From positions 9,734,001 to 9,798,000 of the forward strand of contig NC_043007.1 in assembly GCF_006345805.1 (NCBI RefSeq): a DNA stretch of 64,000 nt, read 5' to 3'. The stretch's first letter is position 1, and each line of letters opens with the position of its first letter. A program made the translations under genes and the position numbers. The notes beneath the pieces are model-generated. The model searched no databases. It was not told where the DNA came from and saw nothing but the letters and a program-made list of their open reading frames with translations. Source of the stretch: Octopus sinensis. Taxonomy: Eukaryota. Positions 10,798 to 22,959 of this stretch are shown here, piece after piece.

Positions 10798-11399
10798 GTA
10801 AAGACCCCCTTCGGTCATGAATGACCATGGGATTGCACCTAGAAAGTTACCCTCCTAGACACAAGTCCGGGCAAGGTTGTTTATGGAAGACCAGCAGTCG
10901 CCCATGCATACCAGCCTCCCCTCTCCACGCCACCAGTGTTATCCAAGGGAAAGACAAAGGTCGATACAGCTTGGCACCAGTGACGTCGCAACTCATTTCT
11001 ACAGCTGAGTAAACTGGAGCAACCTGAAATAAAGTGCCTTGCTCAAGAACACAACACGCAGCCCGGTCCGGGATTCGAGCTCACAACCTCACGATCGTAA
11101 GCTCGACGCTCTAACTACTGAGCCATGCGCCTTCACATATATATATATATACATATATATATGCATATATATGTGTGTGTGTGTATGTTGTGTGTCTGTG
11201 TTTGTCCATCCCCCAACATCGCTTGACAACCGATGTTAGTATGTTTACGTCCCGGTAACTTAGCGGTTCGGTAAAAGAGACCGATAGAATAAGTACTGGG
11301 CTTACAAAGAATAATTCCTGGGATCGATTTGCACGACTAAAGGCGGTGCTCAAGCATGGCCACAGTCAAATGATTGAAACAAGTAAAACAGTAAAAGAG
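10601..11399 (+). mobile_element. SINE family A interrupted in its central (TA)n by SINE D
   Basis: Head 10601-10755; 3' half 11160-11399. Confidence 0.85.
10797..11136 (-). mobile_element. SINE family D (tRNA head, CORE-like)
   Basis: Reverse strand GTGAAGGCGCATGGCTCAGTAGTTAGAGCG...GTGTTCTTGAGCAAGGCACTTT. Confidence 0.85.
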
Positions 11400-11495
<96 letters not shown>

Positions 11496-11496
<1 letters not shown>

Positions 11497-11697
11497 TAAT
11501 TTACAAAATAAGGGCAAAAGAAAAATTCTAATGCCAAATATGCCGAAAAAAAGACAAAATTGTCAATAACCATTATAATTTATGTGTCTCGAAATAAACC
11601 GATAGATGCATAAATTATAATGGTTATTGACAATTTTATCTTTTTTTCGGCATATTTCGCATTAGAATTTTTGTTTTGCCCTTATTTAGTAAATTAT
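11496..11697. repeat. Foldback inverted repeat, 89-bp arms, 24-nt spacer
   Basis: 11496-11584 is the reverse complement of 11609-11697 with ~4 mismatches. Confidence 0.9.
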
Positions 11698-11788
11698 TTA
11701 TAAATTTAACTTTTAAAGGTATTTTTTGATATGCTGGCCATTGATAAAATTTTTCTCAAAAAAATTTTATCCTACATTAGTTATATAT

Positions 11789-11822
<34 letters not shown>

Positions 11823-12565
11823 GATATATAATGTGTGTGTGTGTGTCTGTGTGTCTATGTATATGTACATGTATATATGTATATATATTTATGTATATAT
11901 ACTGCCTATTTTTAATATGTAATTCTATTAAAGTGGTGGGTTTTTTTCACTTTCCAATGCACCGGCATGCCTATTATCTGACAAAACAGGTGGGAAAACT
12001 CGAGGCATGCTCATTCGAGATTACCGAGAAATGGCCGAGTTATTTAATACCGAGTGTTATTATAGAACACCACACTATGTTTTTTCCGTTTAATTGTGCA
12101 GTGACTATTCATGCGAAACCTCCTGGTGATCATATCACGCACATCATTGCGTCTGGTACGATTCCCGCCAACTATCCGTGCATACAACCAGCCCACCAAA
12201 CAATGCTTGGTTGTGTAGACGAGGTTTAACAAACATCAATCGTTTATCGGTTGTTTGATAATAATCTGTAAAAAAGAACAAATCTTTAATATAACACTCC
12301 TTTTCTATGCATGTAACGGGCTAAAGTGTTTATATCCAGTTTTTATCTTCTACTTGTTTCAGTCGACCATGCTGAGGCATTGCCTTGAATAATTTTTAGT
12401 CGAACGAAATGAATCGACTCCGGCACTTTTTTATTTAAAGCTTGGTGCTTATTCTGCCGGTTTCTTTTGTCGAACCGCTAATTAACGGGGACGTAAGGAA
12501 ATAAAGAAGACCCAAAGTGACAGGTAACGGGAATGCGTGTATGCATATATATATATATATATATA

Positions 12566-12668
<103 letters not shown>

Positions 12669-12672
12669 TGTG

Positions 12673-12703
<31 letters not shown>

Positions 12704-12709
12704 GAAACA

Positions 12710-12935
12710 GGCGGCGAGCTGGCAGAAACGTTAGCGCGCCGGGCGAAATGCTTAGCGGTATTTCGTCTATTGTTACGTTCTGAGTTCAAATTCCGCCGAG
12801 GTTGACTTTGCCTTTGATCCTCTCGGGGTCAATAAATAAAGTACCAGTTTCGCACTGGGTCGATGTAATCGACTTAATCCCTTTGTCTGTCCTTGTTTTT
12901 CCCCTCTATGTTTAGCCCCTTGTGGGTAGTAAAGA
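12710..12935 (+). mobile_element. SINE family B
   Basis: GGCGGCGAGCTGGCAGAAACG head through TAGTAAAGAAATA tail. Confidence 0.9.
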
Positions 12936-13129
12936 AATATATATATGTGTATGCATGCATGCATGCATGCTTGTGTGTATGTATATATGTGTATATGTAT
13001 GTGTATATATATATATGCATTCATGTATACGGGTTTAAATACACAAGTACGCAGGCCTATATAATAGTTCATGCACACACATATATGCACATATATGCAC
13101 TTCTTTCTTTATTTCTTTCTCTCTGATTC

Positions 13130-13965
13130 CTCAACCCACACTATCACATCAGCCAATACAATAAGCACATGAGTCTATTTATAGAAACTTGACCATTCTT
13201 AGTATTCTTCCCTTCTGTTTTGAGGTTTACTGCACACTTTAGAAAACCCCCTTCTATACCTTTTTCTGTACCCATCCCTTAGTGCAATTCTCCACCTCAC
13301 ACACCTCACTCATATTCATTCCTTACATTCTTATCTCTTCCTTCCCCTCCCCTACTTCTCTCCCATCCCTCCTCGTTATATCTTGACCACCAACTAACAC
13401 TCCTTTCACTTTTTTAACTTCCTTTCACGCTTTTTCTCATTCTCTCTTGTTTTCATTTTCTCTTCCTCTTTCTTCCCTTCTTTTCTCACCTTTGCTTTTG
13501 ATCTATCTCCTCATTTTAACATACACATCTCTCTTCCCCTCTCTATCTACTTAATACTACCTCTAAATTCTCAAATTTTCATTCACACCACATAACCCCT
13601 TTGAATGAACAGCACATGGAATCTACGTCTTCACTTTCTATTTGTAAGACAAAGTATGAACTCCTATTGGAATTTACATACCACGGCCAAGAAGCATTTC
13701 TACCTTGGATAATGGAACTGCAACTTTATATACTTTTATTTTATTTCTACATTAATTCTCTTATTTCCCTATATACTCCTTATTTCCTTCCTTTTCCAAA
13801 ATAAATCCTCATATTGAACTTTAATATTTCCCTCTATTTAACCATCTCACATCGTCTCTGATGAAGGGATATCCCTAATATTCCAGAAACAGCTGTAAGA
13901 CTAACTTTCTCTTTATAAATGTCCTAAAAATTCCACACAACCTTGGCTTTGTTGTCTCACTTTAT
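13130..13965 (+). mobile_element. Penelope-like element remnant (pseudo-LTR) carrying a hammerhead
   Basis: Pyrimidine/CA-rich tract ending in a type-I minimal hammerhead, the arrangement known for PLE pLTRs. Confidence 0.5.
13854..13901 (+). ncRNA. Type-I minimal hammerhead ribozyme, intact core
   Basis: GTCT-CTGATGA-(stem II GGGATAT/ATATTCC)-GAAAC-AGCT-GTA-AGAC; stem I GTCT/AGAC; palindromic stem III ACAGCTGT; GUA cleavage triplet. Confidence 0.75.
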
Positions 13966-14731
13966 TTAACAAATGTATTGTAGAAAATCCGTTCTGTCTC
14001 TGTGTGTGTCTTCTAGGATCTCGGGCATCCTCCATCCGATAGCGCTCAAATTTGATATGTAGATACCGACGGTATCAGGGCGTGTATAAATCTTGAAAAA
14101 ATTACAAATATCGATTCCAGGTGAGAATGCGATCGATAAAGCCGTGGGAACGTGCATTTGTACGCGCAAGTACATCAGCTGTTGCGATCGATACTACGCG
14201 TACGCGAGAAAAATGCACGTGCAGTTTGCGTAAAAAAGCCGACTGGCTTGAAATAATGCCACAAAATGCAGTATATTTAAGAGACCAAAAATGTAAGATG
14301 CAAAAAAGAAGATATTTTCTTCAAACTTGGCATGAAGAAAGGAAAGACTATTTGGTTTCTCAAGAAGGTTTTTTTTTTGCCTTAACTTCGTTTAACAAAA
14401 CCAAAAACTTTATTGAAATAAAGGCATGCTTAATTATTTTTTAATGAAAAGAAACACTGATTGCTTTTTATTCAAGGAAGAAAATACTATTTCCTTGCTA
14501 ATAAATAATTTACCATGCTTGTGTTCTCCCAGTCAACAACTTTATCATTACTGGTACTTTAAACTTTTCGGTTGCATATTTGTGTGAATAAAATCGTTTT
14601 TCTTTGGAATGGAAAAAAGTCTATATTTCTTCTTTTGCTGGTGTCTCAAATTTAGGTTAAATCAGTGTTTCTCAAAGGGGAGGCCTATGAAACGGTCGGA
14701 CAAGTTGTTTCAAGAAAATTATAATATATAT

Positions 14732-14799
<68 letters not shown>

Positions 14800-14903
14800 G
14801 GTATGGAAAAATACAACATGACAAGAACGTATAACTTAGAAGACGACACAATAAACACGGACAGGACACTCGAAACCCTCAGTCTTCAGTCAAGAACCGG
14901 ATC

Positions 14904-14945
<42 letters not shown>

Positions 14946-15123
14946 GACGAAACAAGTCTTAACCTCTATTCTATAAATGACTAAGTCTGAAAAGAATTTG
15001 ATCAAATGGATATGGGACATTTTCAAGACCTTCCAACGACTTAGAAGGCGAAGATTAAAATCAATTTTAAGCTTTAGAAAATGTCAAAATATTTATTTGA
15101 CGTAACGAAGCAATATATATATA

Positions 15124-15253
15124 TACAACCACATGGTTCCGGGTTCAGTCCCACTGCGTGGCACCTTAGGCAAGTGTCTTCTGCTATAGCCTCGGGCCGA
15201 CCAATGCCTTGTGAGTGGATTTGGTAGACGGAAACTGAAAGAAGCCTGTCGTA

Positions 15254-15285
<32 letters not shown>

Positions 15286-15548
15286 AATTATATATATATA
15301 TATGTGTGTGTGTGTGTATGTGTGTGTGTGTGTGTGTGTTTGTGTGTGTGTGTTTGTCCCCCTAGCATTGCTTGACAACCGATGCTGGTGTGTTTACGTC
15401 CCCGTCACTTAGCCGTTCGGCAAAAGAGACCGATAGAATAAGTACTGGGCTTACAAAGAATAAGTCCCGGGGTCGATTTGCTCGACTAAAGGCGGTGCTC
15501 CAGCATGGCCGCAGTCAAATGACTGAAACAAGTAAAAGAGTAAAAGAG
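15124..15548 (+). mobile_element. SINE family A, 5'-truncated
   Basis: Consensus body and GAAACAAGTAAAAGAG tail. Confidence 0.9.
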
Positions 15549-15837
15549 TATATATATATATATATATATACACACACATAAATATGTATATATGTATGTA
15601 TGTATGCATGTATGTATATATCAATGTTTTTATGTTCAGTTCTAATAAAAACAATTTTACATTAATCTGATGAATTACTCTACGCATTTGTAGAGAACAA
15701 AAATGTTATTCTTATACAAGAATGTTGTTGACAGTAACTTCGAAGTTTTGACGGCCAGCTCCGATGGCTTAGCTGGCCGAAGCTTTACAGTCACTGTCAA
15801 CAACACTCTTACATAAGAATAATAAGTATTATATATA

Positions 15838-17107
15838 CGAGGGGAGTTCAATAAGTAATGCCCCTGACCCACTTCCCATAGCAGTAGAGCAATGAAACTT
15901 GGCACAGTTATTAGTCTTTAACTACATAGGAACCACCCAGAGTTATGCATTTCTCTCATCGTTTGATGCAGCTCTGGAGACCGTTTTTGTAGAAGACCCC
16001 AGCTTGGTCCTCCAACCACGACATGACTTCAGAAATCAAGGCTGCATCACCTAGGAAACGCTTTCCTTTCTAAAACAACTTCATGGCTGGGAAGAGGTGA
16101 AAATCAGAGGGTGCAAGGTCAGGAGAGTAGGGGGCATGGGGGAGGAGTTCATAGCCGCACGCCGGTGCTTCTGATCTGGCGACACGCGAGTTGTGGACCG
16201 GAGCATTGTCCTGCAGGAGGAGGATGCCTTTGCTGATCTTGCCCCGCCTCCTGATTTTGATAGCTTCTCTTAATTTCCTCAAAAGTGAAGCATAATAGGC
16301 TCCTGTAATTGTGGTTCCCTTTGCCAGGAAATCTGTCATCACTACTCCGTCCTGGTCCCAGAAGACTGTGAGCATGACCTTGCCAGCGGAGGGCTGCACC
16401 CTTGCCTTCTTTGGAGGAGGTGAGTCACGGTACTTCCACTGCATTGACTGGGATTTGGTCTCTGGATCATAGTGATGGACCCAGGTTTCATCCTGTGTAA
16501 TCAGTCTTTTGAAAAATTTTGACTCTTCTTGGCACATCTCCAAACTCATCCTCGAGCACTCGACACGTTCTTGCTTCTGGAAAGATGTGAGCAACCTGGG
16601 AATCCATCTGGCGGACACCTTTTGCATATGCAAATGGTCATGAATGATAGTTTCCACAGACCCGGCACTAATCTTGACCTCATCGGCTATTTGGCGAATA
16701 GTTATGCGTCGATCTTCCAAAATGGCAGCCTCAACTTAACGGACAGATGCCTCATCAATGGCAGAAGGGGGCGACCAGATCTGGGAGCTGTTTCCCCGGA
16801 GTTCCGACCATGTTTGAATTCACGATGCCAAATTTTACAAGGTCATATGATGGGGCATCATCAAAATAAGTTACTTTCATTTCATCAAGAGTCTCCCGTG
16901 GTGTGCGTCCTTTCAAATAAAAAAACCGGATCACTGCTCGACACTCAACAGGCTCCATTTCACAGTTGACTCAGTTCAAACACCTGTAAATCAGAGCTGT
17001 AATTTGCCACTTAATTGATAGAGATATAAATAATTGCACATGCAAAATTTCAGCTAGATCAAATAACTGCAAGTGGGTCAGAGGCATTACTTATTGAACG
17101 TTCCTCG
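15838..17107 (-). mobile_element. Full-length mariner (DD34D), transposase frameshifted
   Basis: TIR CGAGGGGAGTTCAATAAGTAATGCC / GGCATTACTTATTGAACGTTCCTCG; TA TSD; ORF pieces 16755-16958 and 16070-16720 with WIPRLL, ITQDETW, QDNA-(34)-D, YSPDLAPSD. Confidence 0.95.
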
Positions 17108-17160
17108 TATATATGTATATTCAGACACACAGACACACAGACACACGCACACACATACGC

Positions 17161-17210
<50 letters not shown>

Positions 17211-17412
17211 CGATATACAAGGAAGTCAAAACAGAAACTTGTTTCCGATATCTGTTTTAAAAATCAAATTGCTTCGTTACGTCAAATAAATATTTTGACA
17301 TTTTCTAAAGCTTAAAATTGATTTTAATCTTCGCCTTCTAAGTCGTTGGAAGGTCTTGAAATTCTTTTCAGACTTAGTCATTTATAGAATAGAGGTTAAG
17401 ATTTGTTTCGTC

Positions 17413-17508
<96 letters not shown>

Positions 17509-17579
17509 GTATATAAATACATACATACATACATACATACATACATACATACATACATAGACAGTTATAGATATAGATA

Positions 17580-17700
17580 TGTATGTATGTATGTCATTGT
17601 TCAATTTTATTTCAAGATTTCTTGCCAAAAGAGAAAGTGCCGATTTCTAACCTAGTTTCAAGGTTCCTTCATTGAAATTTCAACATGATTCACAGGGTAT
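17580..17700 (-). mobile_element. 3' UTR fragment of the (CATA)n-ending R4/Dong-type LINE
   Basis: Reverse complement of the 5455-5570 tail, abutting (TATG)n. Confidence 0.75.
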
Positions 17701-17795
17701 TTCTTATATATATATATAATATATATATATTATATATATATATATATATTATATATATATATATATATACATACATACATACATACATACATACA

Positions 17796-17827
<32 letters not shown>

Positions 17828-17894
17828 CACACACATACATACATATACTCAGATTTTTAGTTCTACTTTTCCTGTTTGCACCAACATACCTATA

Positions 17895-17930
<36 letters not shown>

Positions 17931-18105
17931 TATATATATATATTATATATATATATATATATTATATATATATATATATATAATATATATATAGTAAAAG
18001 CAATTAAGATTCAAGTGAGTTCTGCTGAATTCACATGAATGAGGTACTTAACTTAGATGCACCAGAAATCTATATGGTATTAACCAAAAGATAATGCGGG
18101 GTGAT

Positions 18106-18241
18106 TATAAACAAGAAAAAAGCAACAAAAATGGATCAATATTTCGGTACAATTGTTTCGTACGAAGACCACCTTTATTAAGTCTTCGTACGAAACAATT
18201 GTACCGAAATATTGTTCCATTTTTGTTGCTTTTTTCTTGTT

Positions 18242-18245
<4 letters not shown>
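18106..18245. repeat. Near-perfect palindrome, 64-bp arms, 12-nt loop
   Basis: 63/64 identity between 18106-18169 and the reverse complement of 18182-18245. Confidence 0.95.
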
Positions 18246-18310
<65 letters not shown>

Positions 18311-18369
18311 GTGTGCGTGCGCGTGTGTGTGTCTGTGTGTGTGTATATGTATGTATGTATGTATATCGA

Positions 18370-18810
18370 GAACTATCATGGATAATTTCCAGATATCCTT
18401 GGCCTGGCAGTGCTACCGGTGAGGCACTGATGTGCTGGCAGATGGGTTTTCCGAGGTACGCACAGTGACGAGACTCTTCTGCACGCACTCATTCAGTATC
18501 CAGGCATTGTTGACTTGGGGGGTTATGTCGAACAGTTGCTTTCAAGTTTGGGATGGATCTGTCTGTCGGCCGAGCTTGTAGTAATGATTGCCCCAATCAG
18601 GCAGACAAAGCAGTTTTCTTTTGCCTGGTGACTCTGGTTATAGAGGTTGTTTGGTGGGCAAGGCTGAAAGACACGAGGACATATACATTCCTCTTTGATA
18701 GAGCTCTCATTGATTTCTTCAAATCTCACTTGAAAAGGAAATTGAGAGTGGAGAGGAAGTGCTGGCCTCGAGTGAGGTTACTGAAAGGTAGGTGAAATTT
18801 GCGAAAATGA
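18370..18810 (+). mobile_element. L1/Tx1-clade ORF2 C-terminal fragment
   Basis: KAVFFCLVTLVIEVVWWARLK...LIDFFKSHLKRKLRVERKC resembles the Tx1 3' end as recalled. Confidence 0.6.
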
Positions 18811-18859
18811 CAAGAGTAGACAAGAGTATCATTATTATTATTATTATTATTATTATATT

Positions 18860-19524
18860 TATGGGTTTTTCTTCTTTCAAATTTGCTTCCATTTCTTGCC
18901 GAGTGTCTTCCCGACTCCTAGGGCAAAGAAACTCATAGTATACATTGGTAGGCCATTAAACTAAACTCACTAGTTCGTTCATTTGTTGTTGTTTTTTATA
19001 GAAATAAAGTTAAATTAAAATACATGGGTAGTAATAGTTCTCACATTGACAATGCTCTTCTCAATACGTGTGATGTATCAGTTAAGACAATCTTTTGCAC
19101 TTCTTGCAGGGATGGTAAGCCAGGGATCATTCTCATATAATTTTCTTTTCCCTTCTTGGTCATTCCTAGTGCTCCTACGATCACTGGTATTGTAACCGCC
19201 CTGAGATGCCACATTTTCTCAATTTCAATGAGTAGGTCTTTATATTTTCTGAGCTTGTCAAATTCTTTCGCCGAGATATTATGATCACAGGGGATGCTCA
19301 TGTCGATCAATAAGCAAACTTTATTGTTTTGGTCTTTCACAACAATATCCGGTTTATTGGCTTTGATGGTTCGGTCTGTATGTACTGGAAAGTCCCACAG
19401 AATCGTTACATTTTCTCCTTCAGTTACAGCTTCAGGGTGGTGATTATACCACTTGTCGGCAGTTTTGATATTGTAATGCCGACTTATTAGCCAGTGTAGA
19501 TATTGGCCAACTCTGTCAAGTCTT
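18860..19524 (-). mobile_element. Dong/R4-clade LINE 3' fragment flanked by (TTA)n on both sides
   Basis: NKPDIVVKDQNNKVCLLIDMSIP (RLE motif), IPVIVGALG, QKIVLTDTSHVLRRALSM*. Confidence 0.85.
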
Positions 19525-19541
19525 TTTTATTATTATTATTA

Positions 19542-19603
<62 letters not shown>

Positions 19604-19605
19604 GG

Positions 19606-19830
19606 TTATGCGGTTTGCTGGCAGAATCGTTAGCACGCCGGGCGGAATGTTTAGCGGCATTTAGTCCGTCTTTATGTTTTCAGTTCCTATTCTGCGGTGG
19701 CCGACTTTCCCTTTCATCCTTTCGAACCCGATAAAAAATTTTAAAAATACCAGCGAAGCACTGGGGTCGATTTAATCGACTTACCACTCTACCCCGAATT
19801 TGCTGGCCATGAGCCAAATTTTTAAATTAC
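19606..19830 (+). mobile_element. Degenerate SINE family B
   Basis: GCTGGCAGAATCGTTAGCACGCCGGGCG head and CCTTTCATCCTTTCG core. Confidence 0.75.
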
Positions 19831-20121
19831 GTTTTTATTACTTGTACGACAAACGGATATCCGCCTTGCAACCTATTATTGAACACACTGATTAAGAAAT
19901 GGTGGTGCAATCGTCTGGCGTGAACAATGAAATAGCAATATTTCTTGGAAAAGCAATTTATACGAGGGTGAAGCAGGAAGAAAGATTATATTGAATCGAG
20001 TCATTTTAGGTACACTACACGTCAAAACATGTTAGGAATATTTACAATTTACGTACAATTGTTTTCCATTTTCTTTTTCAGAAAATGTGAAGAGAAGTGA
20101 TAGTGAAACTGGAGGTAAATA

Positions 20122-21656
20122 CAGGTTGTTCAAAAAGTCTCCCCGCAGTGAATTTTTCCATCCTGCGCATGCGCAACTTGGCTATCACTGCGTGGGCAGC
20201 CGGGTGTCAGTCATTGTGTACTTTTCAGCGTGTCGACATGATAAGCTTTGAAGAACGTACGTTTTTTAGTTGAATGGGTGTTTCGAGCTGGAAACAAATA
20301 CACAGATACCGTGAAACAGAAGTTCATTGAAACTTTTCCAAATACTATTGTCCCATATCGTGACACTTTGCGGGATTTTATAAGAAAATTTAGAGACACA
20401 GGCTCAATGGAAGACGCAGAAAGAAGCGGTAGGTCTACTGTTCTTTCAGACGAAACACTCTCCAATATTTCAGATAAACACTTGGCAAGCCCGTCAAAGT
20501 CCTTACGCAAATTATCACAGGAAATGGAAATCAGCCTAGGAAGTCCTCACATAGCATTAAAAAAGAAATTAAGTTTCTTTCCATACAAAGACTTGTCTAA
20601 GGTGCCACGCAGTGATATTGAACCCAAAGCCATGTGGTTGGTAATCACAATCCTCTAATATTTGACAAGTACTAATTAGAGTTCTTGGCTTCTGGTTTTA
20701 GTCGCTTTCATTTGGGATTTCATTTTGCATTTTATAGGTTTTAAATCGCTTTGTCTTATTTTTTTCATCCAAACAAGGAACATAATTATTCCTTATATTG
20801 AGTCATAGAGATATTACAGATCAAATTACTATTTTATCTTGATACGAATATTATTACTAAATAGGTTTTGATGTCTTCGTGTATAAATTGAAAACTACGG
20901 ATCATGCTAAAAGGCTTCATTATTATCATTGGTTCCAAAACTTTGTTGTCGAAAAATGCATAGAAGAGCTGGATGGGTGTTTTTACACCGATGAGGCTTG
21001 GTTTCATCTGTCGGGACACATAAATTCACAAAACACAAGGTTATGGAGCACTGAGAATCCACACGAGTCGCATGAGTAACCTCTGCATCCCGAAAAAGTT
21101 GGAGTATGGATAGAAATTTCGAGAAAGAGTGTTGTGGGCCCGATATTTTTTGGAAGACACCATCAACACAGAGAGATATTGCTCAAATATTGTCTATCCA
21201 TTTGTAGGCCAACTCACTGAAAGTGAAATTAATAATGCATACTTTCAGCAAGATGGAGCTACTGCACATACTTCGCGCATCACCATGGTGCTACTTCAAG
21301 AGTTTTTCGGTGAGCGGATTATTTCGAAGGGACTTTGGCCACCAAGATCACCTAATTCAACACTGCCATACTTTTTTCTCCGGCAAGCAAGTAAAGGATC
21401 GCCTGAAAACCATTAATGAGATGAAAGACGCAATCATAACCTTCCCACGGTCCAAAGCGCATTAGACTCTCCAAGATGTATTTCAAAGCATGTGTGGAAG
21501 AGTCTGCTTATGTATTGAAAACGAAGGACGAAACTTTCAACACCTCTTATAAAGTTTTTTAAAGTCTAATATATTCTTTTGTAGTCTTATACCATTTTAT
21601 AAATATTTAATTTTCAATGAAATACTTAGAGCGGAGAGACTTTTTGAACACCCTGT
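20122..21656 (+). mobile_element. Tc1/mariner-superfamily element with disrupted transposase and a 299-bp captured insert
   Basis: TIR CAGGTTGTTCAAAAAGTCTC / GAGACTTTTTGAACACCCTG; TA TSD; FYTDEAWFHLSGHINSQN, FQQDGATAH, WPPRSP. Confidence 0.9.
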
Positions 21657-21704
21657 ATATGCTTAAAAAATGGAGTTATTCACGTACGTCTTGGATAGAT
21701 AGAT

Positions 21705-21898
<194 letters not shown>

Positions 21899-21974
21899 GT
21901 AAACAGAGGGAGATCGCACACGATAGAGAAACAGAGATGCATACATATACATGTATATACATATATATGCCTTT

Positions 21975-22445
21975 TATCGTTTATTTCAGTCACCAGACAG
22001 TGGCCATGCTGGGGCACCATCTTGAACAATTTTAGTCGAACTAATCGGCCTCAGTACTTTTTTTAAAGCCTGGTGTTTATTCTATCAGCCTCTTTTGTTG
22101 AACCGCTCAGTTACGGGAACGTGAACACAACAACACCGGTTGTCAAGCGGTTGTAGGGAAAAAACACAAACACACACATGAAAACATACACACAAACACA
22201 TATTCACACACATATACATGTATATATACATACATACATACACACACATCTCCCTCTCTGTCTCCCTACATATTTATATATATAGAGAGAGAGGGGTGAG
22301 AGAGAGAGAGAGACGAAAGATTCATTTAAATTTCCATCTACCAAATCTACTCACAAGACTTCGGTTGGCCCGAGGCTATAGGAGAAGACACTTGTCTAGG
22401 GTGCCACGCAGTGGTATTGAACCCAGAGCCATGTGGTTGGTAATC
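21975..22445 (-). mobile_element. SINE family A, diverged
   Basis: GGCCATGCTGGGGCACC tail and CCATCTACCAAATC...GGTGCCACGCAGTGG head side. Confidence 0.75.
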
Positions 22446-22959
22446 ACAATCCTCTAATATTTGACAAGTACTAATTAGAGTTCTTAGCTTCTGATTTTAG
22501 TCGCTTTCATTTGGGATTTCATTTTGCATTTTATAAATTGTAAATCACTTTGTCTGATCTTTTTCATCCAAACTAGGAACATAATTATTCCTTATATTGA
22601 GTCATAAAGATATTACAGATCAAATTACTATTTCATCTTGATATGAATATTATTACTAAATAGGTTTTGATGTCTTCGCGTATAAATTATTCAATTAAAA
22701 TACGAGGGTGAGGTACTATATATAAGCAGGTGGTTTATGTTCAACTACCTGCCAAGTGTATTCGGATACGCCATGTATCAAATTACAATTCTTTCATGAT
22801 CTTATGTGTAGAAATCTTAAGTAGGTCTATAACTACATCTTAGACTAGGGAAACGATCAAATATAAGTGTAGGGATAAGATTAGCCAGACTCACTGCTAA
22901 TTCCCTTAAAATGCACGATATACGCAATGATGAGATAGCTTTGATAAGAATATATATAT

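Noticed and set aside
16070-16720. 216-aa ORF as a SETMAR-like host gene
   Set aside because: Lies within TIRs and TA TSD, has no SET domain, and is frameshifted from its N-terminus
19835-19945. Minus-strand exon candidate (KYCYFIVHARR...)
   Set aside because: A short open frame is expected by chance; no recognisable homology
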